Virus record (IMG/VR): IMGVR_UViG_3300014205_000176
Length of the DNA: 58,247 bases
DNA from: a virus
Lineage: Duplodnaviria; Heunggongvirae; Uroviricota; Caudoviricetes
Reading direction: 5' to 3' (one strand)
Numbering within the stretch: position 1 is the first letter of the stretch; every line of letters starts with the position of its first letter. This document shows positions 16,209-23,845 of this stretch, one piece after another. Made by a program: the position numbers and the translations under genes. Under the pieces are notes generated by a model. It did not search any database. It saw nothing but the letters and a program-made list of their open reading frames with translations, and was not told where the DNA came from.

Positions 16209-17112
16209 TGTCTTGTTTGTAGGTGGTGGTAGGCGGGTCTCTTTAGCTAAGAGATTTTTGGCTAAGGGATGCCGCCTGTTTTCGTATGAGGTTGATGCCA
16301 ATTGCCCAATCTCTGAGGTGGCTACAATCATCAAAGGGTTTCACTGGAAATATCCACGTCTTCAATCTCACCTAGAGGACATGTGCGAAAAACATGATAT
16401 CAAACTAGTCATCCCGCTGCAGGATGAGGCTATTCCTTTATGTTGTGATTTGACGGTTCCATGCCCAGCTTCACTAGAAGCAGCTCATATCTGTTTTGAT
16501 AAACGTGAATTTGAAAGTTTTCTATCTAAGTATTCAGAATATCCAATTCCGCATCCTATGTATAATGGTAGGATTATAGCAAAACCAAGATTTGGATTCA
16601 ATTCTCGCGGGATATCTATTATTGATTGCTTTGATGATTACAATGGAGATAGGGATAATATCGTATTTCAAAGATACATAGAAGGTATAGAATATTCTGT
16701 TGATTGTTACTTCAACAGAGATAGTGAGTTGGTTGGATATGTTCCGCGTCAGCGTGTTGTGGTGCAGGGAGGGGAAGTAATCCAGAGCACTACAATGAAT
16801 CGCAACAATCCTTTGTACGAAAAGTTCGGAGAGTTCATTGCTCGCGCATTTAGGAGCATTAGAGCTGTTGGTCCTTATTGTATTCAGTTCATTGAAAATG
16901 ATGGCAATATCTATGTAATTGAAGCCAATGCTAGATTTGGTGGAGGAGTCATCCTTTCCCTAGAAGCAGGCTTTGATATTATACAACTCATACTTGCTGA
17001 CTATGTATGGGGATTTGAAATAGCTACTAGATCACCAATATGGAAAGAAGATTTTTCCATGACTAGGTATTTTTCGGAACATTTTTATGACAACGATTCA
17101 GAAGTTCTTTGA
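16174..17112 (+). CDS. ATP-grasp domain protein (CarB/PylC-like)
   Basis: NVLFVGGGRRVSL, CFDK, AKPRFGFNSRG, QRYIEGIEYSVD, IEANARFGGG. Confidence 0.85.
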   Translation: MNLYKESTRAINVLFVGGGRRVSLAKRFLAKGCRLFSYEVDANCPISEVATIIKGFHWKYPRLQSHLEDMCEKHDIKLVIPLQDEAIPLCCDLTVPCPASLEAAHICFDKREFESFLSKYSEYPIPHPMYNGRIIAKPRFGFNSRGISIIDCFDDYNGDRDNIVFQRYIEGIEYSVDCYFNRDSELVGYVPRQRVVVQGGEVIQSTTMNRNNPLYEKFGEFIARAFRSIRAVGPYCIQFIENDGNIYVIEANARFGGGVILSLEAGFDIIQLILADYVWGFEIATRSPIWKEDFSMTRYFSEHFYDNDSEVL

Positions 17113-17656
17113 TGGTGATGATTTTCTGCCGCTGCGTAGAGAATCATACAATTTCATTGCGGCATTCCTAAAAACTTGTCGTACAGATACTAAACTATTG
17201 GAAGTTGGGCCAAGCGGAATTTTGGATAAGAATACTCCATATCCAGAATGGGATACATCTTCATATATACAATGGTACTGCGAACAAAATAAAATCATGT
17301 ATAAGTCATGTGATATTTTAGAAGGATGCTCATATAAGTGTAGCATTACCAAACTATCAGAAATTGGTATTGAGTTTGACTATATAATTGCTAACTCAGT
17401 TCTTGAACATGTTCCTACTATTTGGAGAGTCCCAAGAGAAATAAATCTATCCCTTAAAGATGGAGGTAAGGTTCTTTTCATTACCCCATTTATGTTCAAG
17501 TTGCATGGGCCAGATCCTGATTGTTGGAGAATATCTCCTGCTGGCTACCAAGCTTTGTTTGGAGATTATTTCAATATTAATATTGAGAGCTATCCTACAA
17601 ATCAATGTGAGAAGAATGGGATTCCGTTATTGATTAAATTTGAGGGTATTAAATGA
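17087..17656 (+). CDS. class I SAM-dependent methyltransferase
   Basis: LLEVGPSG, FDYIIANSVLEHV, LKDGGKVLFITPF, DCWRISPAG. Confidence 0.85.
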   Translation: MTTIQKFFDGDDFLPLRRESYNFIAAFLKTCRTDTKLLEVGPSGILDKNTPYPEWDTSSYIQWYCEQNKIMYKSCDILEGCSYKCSITKLSEIGIEFDYIIANSVLEHVPTIWRVPREINLSLKDGGKVLFITPFMFKLHGPDPDCWRISPAGYQALFGDYFNINIESYPTNQCEKNGIPLLIKFEGIK

Positions 17657-17850
17657 GACTTCGCCATCTTCCGACATATATAAGGGTGTATTTCTTCTCA
17701 CTCAAGATGCTTTGGATTACCAGTAAAAGAAATGCTCTTGTGTTTTCACATAGGTTTTTCTGGCACCACAAGCATCTGAAGATAGAGGTACTGGATGAGA
17801 GCTGGCCAAAAGGAAAACCTCCAAAAATTACTATCACGGAGTTAATATGA
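17653..17850 (+). CDS. hypothetical protein
   Basis: 65-aa ORF with ATGA overlaps at both ends. Confidence 0.55.
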   Translation: MRLRHLPTYIRVYFFSLKMLWITSKRNALVFSHRFFWHHKHLKIEVLDESWPKGKPPKITITELI

Positions 17851-18185
17851 AATATCTAACACTTTGTTTATGCTTGTTTATTAGCGCATGTCATCAAGAT
17901 CAAGTTGTGAACCCTACTCCAAGACCTGATTCGGATATCTGCGCGCAGATGTGCGATCATATAGGGCCAAAGGAAAAGGGTGGTCTTGGATGCGAAGAAG
18001 GAGATCCTGTTTACGATTCTGACAAGCCAGGGCCGAAGGATATCCCTAACGAAACCTGCGAAGAGTTTTGTAAGATCACTCAAAACAATGGTATCTCACT
18101 GAACCCGCGTTGTGTGGCGCTGGTCGAAAGCTGCGATCAAATTGAAGATGCGCGAGCAAAGAATCCCAGCACTTGTAAAAGGTAG
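17847..18185 (+). CDS. Cys-rich putative lipoprotein
   Basis: MKY-hydrophobic stretch-ISAC lipobox-like signal; many Cys. Confidence 0.7.
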   Translation: MKYLTLCLCLFISACHQDQVVNPTPRPDSDICAQMCDHIGPKEKGGLGCEEGDPVYDSDKPGPKDIPNETCEEFCKITQNNGISLNPRCVALVESCDQIEDARAKNPSTCKR

Positions 18186-18205
18186 ACTAAGTAAGGAGAA
18201 TTACA

Positions 18206-19030
18206 ATGACAATGAAATATGGCTATCTTCCAGATCCAAAGACACCGGTCCTTCTTGCAAAGGACAACGACTTTAGCACCAAGTTGAAGCCGTATCTCGT
18301 CACTGCTACTAGCGGAGACATCGATCTTTCGAAGTATTCCACGCCAAGCAATCAATTTCAGCTTTCTAGCTGTGCTGGAAATTCAACAGCAGATGCAGTC
18401 GAGATAGTTTGTGCTATAGAGGAAGCTGACAGGGCGGAGAAAGAGAAACGTGCTCCACTTCCTATTCCTCAACTATCTCGGTTATTCGTCTATTCGATGG
18501 CTCGTTCCATCATGGAGGACGATGGCAGCGGTCACGGGCAGATCGACAAGGACGAAGGAACGTACATTCGTCTTTGCTTCGACATCCTGAGCCGCTTTGG
18601 AATATGTGATGAGGAGATTTGGCCATATGATACATCGAAGGTACTTGTTCCGCCTAGCGTAAAGGCGATGCGGCAAGCCGTTGGACACCGCATTCATAGT
18701 TACTATCGTATTAAGCAAACCGGGGCAGATCGTATACCGGAAATAATATTCGCTCTGCGTGGCCGACACCCAGTAGTGTTTGGAACTCAGATTGGTAAAT
18801 CATTCGGCAATATCAAAGCACCATACATTTGTGACATTCCTACAGATCCAGAAGGTAGGCATGCGCAGGTGATTGTCGGTTGGGTCAATGGATACTTCAA
18901 AGTTAAGAATTCATGGGGACCTAATTGGGCAGATCATGGGTTTAGCTATTTCACTACAGATTATATTGCCTGGAATATGACTCAAGATATATGGGTTCCT
19001 ACCATGGGAACTGTATTTACCAACAAATAA
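18206..19030 (+). CDS. papain-like cysteine peptidase (C1A)
   Basis: QFQLSSCAGN (Gln/Cys), GRHAQVIVG (His), KNSWGPNWADHG (Asn). Confidence 0.9.
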   Translation: MTMKYGYLPDPKTPVLLAKDNDFSTKLKPYLVTATSGDIDLSKYSTPSNQFQLSSCAGNSTADAVEIVCAIEEADRAEKEKRAPLPIPQLSRLFVYSMARSIMEDDGSGHGQIDKDEGTYIRLCFDILSRFGICDEEIWPYDTSKVLVPPSVKAMRQAVGHRIHSYYRIKQTGADRIPEIIFALRGRHPVVFGTQIGKSFGNIKAPYICDIPTDPEGRHAQVIVGWVNGYFKVKNSWGPNWADHGFSYFTTDYIAWNMTQDIWVPTMGTVFTNK

Positions 19031-19041
19031 GAAAGATCATC

Positions 19042-19674
19042 ATGCATGAGCATCTGCAGATCTGGTATGATTGGTGGGTAAAAGAGCATCAAGCTTCCAA
19101 CTTGATTTATGCCAAGGGTTCCGATGGTCCTTGTCTTAAACAGGTTCATTTCATTCGTGATAACATTGCAAGGCTGTTTTGGGCAGGGATATCCTATTAT
19201 GACATCCCAAGATGTCCGCCTCCGCGTGAGGATTGTAGAGAAACTGCGATTGTTATCAGTGAACATACGTCAAAGAGTGTTCGTCTTCCTGTATATTCTT
19301 TTGAGCGTAAGGATATTTGGCTTCGTTTGACATTGAGGTATAATTTCTACAATTGGAAATTGTCAGTGGAATCTCAATCACCAATCCTTGCTGATTTTTC
19401 TGGGTTGTTCTTCACAACACCACCAGTTGAACCAGAATATACTGGCAATGAACTGCATCCTGTATATTTCGAGGGGTTTCCGGAGGATCGTATTTTTGGG
19501 TATTATGAGAACGATCATTGTAAGTTTTCGGCCGAGATTGGGTCTCACGAGAAGTTGTGGACAGCTATTTTCCTAATCATGAGGGATCTTGGGAAAATCA
19601 AGCCTTATGTTTGGAATACGCAGGAATCTCATCGCAAAGCTCTTGACGAGGAATCTGCACGATCGAAACGGTAA
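19042..19674 (+). CDS. hypothetical protein
   Basis: ~210 aa from the ATG after the peptidase stop. Confidence 0.7.
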   Translation: MHEHLQIWYDWWVKEHQASNLIYAKGSDGPCLKQVHFIRDNIARLFWAGISYYDIPRCPPPREDCRETAIVISEHTSKSVRLPVYSFERKDIWLRLTLRYNFYNWKLSVESQSPILADFSGLFFTTPPVEPEYTGNELHPVYFEGFPEDRIFGYYENDHCKFSAEIGSHEKLWTAIFLIMRDLGKIKPYVWNTQESHRKALDEESARSKR

Positions 19675-19698
19675 CGTGAAAGAGCTTCAGAGGTTTAG

Positions 19699-19995
19699 TT
19701 GGTGTCAAACACAAATCCTATCAATGACGATCCTTGTTTTGAGCATGATATACTAGCCATTATTCAACGGATACATGATGTTTCGACTGGAATGGGTGGG
19801 GATCCTTGTCCTGATGATTTTGAGAAGGCTAGATGGTTGCAATGGAAACTATCTGTCTGGAAGGCTAAAACAATTTGTCCTAATTATCCAGAAGCAGATC
19901 ACTTCTCTAGAAGTATAAGAAGCTTGGTCGAATCAGCTCTTGAGGAATTCAAAGCCAGATGTTGTCGCGGGATCTACGCAGATGAATTGAGGTAA
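19699..19995 (+). CDS. hypothetical protein
   Basis: 98-aa ORF. Confidence 0.55.
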   Translation: MVSNTNPINDDPCFEHDILAIIQRIHDVSTGMGGDPCPDDFEKARWLQWKLSVWKAKTICPNYPEADHFSRSIRSLVESALEEFKARCCRGIYADELR

Positions 19996-19997
19996 GA

Positions 19998-20477
19998 ATG
20001 AAAGTCATAATTATGATGGGTCTCCCTGGTTCAGGTAAAAGCACATGGGCAAAGGCAGTTCCAGGTCTAAAAGTCATCGTATCATCTGATAGCTACTTCA
20101 CAGATGCCGATGGCAATTATAATTGGACTATTGAAGATGCTCACAAAGGCCACGAAGATTGTTTGCGCAGATTCATAGATGTATTTCAACCTGGCCCTGT
20201 TAGTGGGGATCCTGAAAAAACACCAGACATCGTAATTGTAGATAATACCAATGTTAGAATTCATGACGTTTCACCCTACATTATAATAGCCAAAGCATAC
20301 GGCTGTGATGTTGAAGTGAAGTACATGGATACTAATGTTGATAATTCCAAGACTAGGAATGTCCATGGCGTTCCGGATGCGGCCTACGATAGGATGCAGA
20401 AGAATTTCACATTCTTAATTGAGACATGGCCCAAAGATTTCCCGCCGATTGAATTTGTAACTGAACTAAGAGATTAG
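19998..20477 (+). CDS. P-loop polynucleotide-kinase-like protein (AAA_33)
   Basis: GLPGSGKST, SSDSYF, VIVDNTN, RNVHGVP. Confidence 0.85.
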   Translation: MKVIIMMGLPGSGKSTWAKAVPGLKVIVSSDSYFTDADGNYNWTIEDAHKGHEDCLRRFIDVFQPGPVSGDPEKTPDIVIVDNTNVRIHDVSPYIIIAKAYGCDVEVKYMDTNVDNSKTRNVHGVPDAAYDRMQKNFTFLIETWPKDFPPIEFVTELRD

Positions 20478-20483
20478 GTAGGA

Positions 20484-22742
20484 ATGATATTAACAACAGA
20501 AGATATGCGCGCTAGACTTAGTGAACAACCACAACTTGATATTTCAAATGAAGCTTATCGTTTTGATTGGAGCTGCTACACTGGTAATCTTAAATGGCTA
20601 CAAGATCGTACAATATACATTACTCAGCACGGGAGTCGTGCATATGGTACATCCACCCCTACCAGTGACCTTGATATCAGGGGAATTGCAATAGCCCCCA
20701 AGGAATACTATCTTGGGATGACCAATAATTTCGAGCAGGCTACGTCCAAAGACCCAGACCTGGTTATCTTTGAGTTGCGCAAGTTCCTAAAATTGGCCTC
20801 GGAGTGCAACCCTAATGCTCTGGAAATCATTTTCACCGATGAGCAGGACCACTTCTATGTCTCTAGGATAGGTAGACTACTCCTGGATAATAGAGATCTG
20901 TTCTTATCTAAGAGGGTGAAGTTCACTTTCCAAGGATATGCCAATGCTCAGATGAAGAGAATCCTTACCCATAGGCGGTGGTTGTTGAATCCAATCACTC
21001 ACCAGCCTACTCGGGAGGAATTTGGACTGCCATCTAGGACTGTAATCCCTACAGACCAGGTTATGGCTGCCAATGCTGCGGTCAAGAAGCGGATTGATGA
21101 ATGGAACTGGCACGAGATGGAGAGTCTAAGTCCATCCGTACGCCAAGAAATCCAGGATGAGTTCCTTCGGCGCATCACTGAAATCACCAACTGGAGTTTT
21201 GAAGAGGTTGATGACAAGATTTGGATGGCCGCAGCCAACAGTTTAGGGTTCTCCACGAACTTCATCGAGTTCTTAGATAAGGAAAGGCTGTACACAAACC
21301 GTTTACGGGACTGGCAGCACTTCAATGACTGGGAGAAGAACCGAAATCCTGCCCGCGCAGAGTTAGAAGCCAAGTTTGGATTCGATTGTTATTCTGAAGA
21401 TACAGAATTCCTAACCAATGATGGTTGGAAATCATTTGACAACATTACTAATGATTGTTTGTTGGCAACTGTATTTATAAAAGAAGGCATTTCCTCTAGG
21501 AGGTTTCTTGGAATTGAATATCAGAAACCTATAGATAGGTTTGATTCATTGTATTCTGGGCCGATGTATCATATTTTTGGGATACATACAGATTCATTAG
21601 TTACAGCTAATCACAGAATGTTATTTCAAAAATCCGAAAGGAAAAGTAAGAAAAAGCATGGATGGGTTCTTGAAGAGGCAGCTGTTCTTCCAGATACTTT
21701 TGATATTCTTATTGCTCCAACTCCACGAAAAACAACTTTCTCTAATAAAGAATTATTTGATGGCTTGCCGATACCTATTATGGCGTACTTGTCATTGATG
21801 GGCTGGTATTTAAGTGATGGATGCGCGACGTTTGATACAGATGGAGATATGCATGTTAAGAGCATTAGAATAAGCCAGAATCCAAATGGTAAACTTTCTA
21901 GATCTATAAAAAGGTGGAATAACAAATATGGAGAAATTGCCAATGGATCAATTCATGTTTATAAAAAACAACCAAACGAATACAACAAAGAAGAACATGA
22001 AGAGATGATTCTTGATGTTAGAAATTACAATGTTGCAATTCGTATGATTGATGAATGTGGTTATAAGGAAAATAAGAGAATCCCAAGATATATCTTCAAT
22101 TTATCTAAATCGTTGTTAGAGTGTTTTTTGCTAGCTTTGATTCGTGGTGATGGAACTACAAGGGAACATAAGGGAAAGATCGATAGTTACATTTACTATT
22201 CAAAGTTAAAAAATCTTGCCAGCGATGTTCAGGAATTGGCATTGATGGCCGGATGGGAAACTGCATTATGGGGGCCTTATTTAAATACAGATCAAGAAGG
22301 ACGTGAGTGTTTGATGTATCAAGTACACCTTAGGAAAAATCCTGGACAAACTAGAAGGCTTATTAGGTGTCAAAATGTAGAAAAGATAGAAGTAGAAAAA
22401 CAACGGATTGTATGTTTTACTGTGCCAAATGGAACTTTGATTACTAGGCGCAATGGCAAAGTTGCTATTCATGGTAATTGCAAGCACGCAATGCACCTAG
22501 TTCGCCTATCAAGATGCTGCAAAGAGCTGATGACGGACGGTATCATGCGTGTTCGAAGACCGGATGCAGAAGAACTTCTGGCCATTCGCAATGGAGCATG
22601 GACGTTTGATGAGCTTTTGGAGTGGTTCAACAGGCAAACAATAGAGATTGATGCACTCTATGAGCATTCGAAGCTTCCAAACACCCCTAACATAAAGAAG
22701 ATCAGCGAGCTGTGCGTTCAAATGGCAGAGGCATCGTGGTAA
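20484..22742 (+). CDS. Pol-beta-superfamily nucleotidyltransferase (RlaP/PF10127-like), intein-containing
   Basis: HGSRAYGTSTPTSDLDIRG, NPNALEIIF; exteins rejoin as KFGFD-C-KHAMHLVRL. Confidence 0.85.
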   Translation: MILTTEDMRARLSEQPQLDISNEAYRFDWSCYTGNLKWLQDRTIYITQHGSRAYGTSTPTSDLDIRGIAIAPKEYYLGMTNNFEQATSKDPDLVIFELRKFLKLASECNPNALEIIFTDEQDHFYVSRIGRLLLDNRDLFLSKRVKFTFQGYANAQMKRILTHRRWLLNPITHQPTREEFGLPSRTVIPTDQVMAANAAVKKRIDEWNWHEMESLSPSVRQEIQDEFLRRITEITNWSFEEVDDKIWMAAANSLGFSTNFIEFLDKERLYTNRLRDWQHFNDWEKNRNPARAELEAKFGFDCYSEDTEFLTNDGWKSFDNITNDCLLATVFIKEGISSRRFLGIEYQKPIDRFDSLYSGPMYHIFGIHTDSLVTANHRMLFQKSERKSKKKHGWVLEEAAVLPDTFDILIAPTPRKTTFSNKELFDGLPIPIMAYLSLMGWYLSDGCATFDTDGDMHVKSIRISQNPNGKLSRSIKRWNNKYGEIANGSIHVYKKQPNEYNKEEHEEMILDVRNYNVAIRMIDECGYKENKRIPRYIFNLSKSLLECFLLALIRGDGTTREHKGKIDSYIYYSKLKNLASDVQELALMAGWETALWGPYLNTDQEGRECLMYQVHLRKNPGQTRRLIRCQNVEKIEVEKQRIVCFTVPNGTLITRRNGKVAIHGNCKHAMHLVRLSRCCKELMTDGIMRVRRPDAEELLAIRNGAWTFDELLEWFNRQTIEIDALYEHSKLPNTPNIKKISELCVQMAEASW
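21387..22478 (+). mobile_element. intein with LAGLIDADG homing endonuclease (364 aa)
   Basis: starts CYSEDTEFLT, ends VAIHGN|C; LMGWYLSDG and LLALIRGDG motifs. Confidence 0.9.
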
Positions 22743-22751
22743 AATAGCAGC

Positions 22752-22772
22752 GGGCGGTAGTAATTACCGCCC
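22752..22772. terminator. hairpin between convergent genes
   Basis: GGGCGGTA-GTAAT-TACCGCCC. Confidence 0.6.
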
Positions 22773-22808
22773 ATCAGAAGCCTTACACGAGTATATCTTT
22801 AAACGCCT

Positions 22809-23156
22809 TTAGGTAATTCGAACCTTCTGCGTACTAGCAGGTACCTTAGACACCTTGGGTAGGGTAATTGTTAATTGCCCATTCTTCAATGAAGCCCCAA
22901 TGGCGTCCTTGTTGATGTCTTTGGGAACATAGAAGGCGAATGATTTAGTACCATCCTCATTCTTTGCCTTGAGGTTTAGTACGTTTTCAACAATCTCGAT
23001 CTCAATCTCTTCCTTTTCGAACCCAGGGAGATCGAGCTTCAGAGAATAACTATCTCCATTGTCTTTGACCTTGCGAGTGAACGCAACCGCATTGTCCAAT
23101 CCTTCTGTGATTACTTCATCAATGGCATTTAGTGCATCAAAAATGTTTCTAATCAT
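22809..23156 (-). CDS. Hsp20/alpha-crystallin small heat-shock protein
   Basis: YSLKLDLPGFEKEEIEI...ASLKNGQLTITLPK; SD AAGGA before the ATG at 23156. Confidence 0.9.
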   Translation of the reverse strand: MIRNIFDALNAIDEVITEGLDNAVAFTRKVKDNGDSYSLKLDLPGFEKEEIEIEIVENVLNLKAKNEDGTKSFAFYVPKDINKDAIGASLKNGQLTITLPKVSKVPASTQKVRIT

Positions 23157-23600
23157 ATGTATTTCCTTGTTCAGATTGTTCTGAACAGCCAGCAATCTAA
23201 ACATCCAAAATTTATCGTCAAGGGATAATGGTTAATTTTTATGTGGATATTGGCCGGCCAACGTTTTCGCTGCGAGCCGCTAGACCAGCTTGAGCCAAAA
23301 CCCGTTTTTACGGCCTTTATGGGCATTTGCTAGACTGCTAGACCAAAAATACATCACCTGAGTACCCTATAGGAGGGTATATCTCTCCTTAATTAATCTA
23401 TAGTATAGTAGGTATAGCAGAGTTAACAGAGAGGCAGGAATTAGGAGGGTTTCGTTGCCGGCCGCTTAGCGAAGGTCTAGCTTTGCGGCGCGCAGCCTGT
23501 GGCAACATGCACAAACCACTTCGCACTTTTCAATCTCGATGCGAATTAGATCTATCTTATATCCTTGGCTAACCATACTAGCTATTTCTTTTACCCTAAT

Positions 23601-23845
23601 GTGCAAGAAAGCCCCTGCCTTTAGGCAGGGGATGAATTGCCAATTATTAATAAGTCGAGAGATACTAATACTACCCTAGAATATCAGATGTTTAAAGCTT
23701 TCAAATATAGAATCTATCCCAATTCTTCTTAATCAGAAGAATTAGTAAATATTCTACAATTCGACATGGAACAGGCCGAATTCAAATGCCTTGATGCCCG
23801 AAGGGCCGAAAGGAAGCCCACAGGCTAGTCCTGTGGGTAGTTCAC
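23601..23845 (+). mobile_element. miniature non-autonomous IS200/IS605 (IS1341-like, tnpB-derived) element
   Basis: left-end hairpin GCCCCTGCC-TTTA-GGCAGGGG; tnpB start MFKAFKYRIYPNSS* (23688-23732); tnpB-like 3' remnant; right-end hairpin CCCACAGG-CTAGT-CCTGTGGG followed by TAGTTCAC; left boundary uncertain by about 3 nt. Confidence 0.85.
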
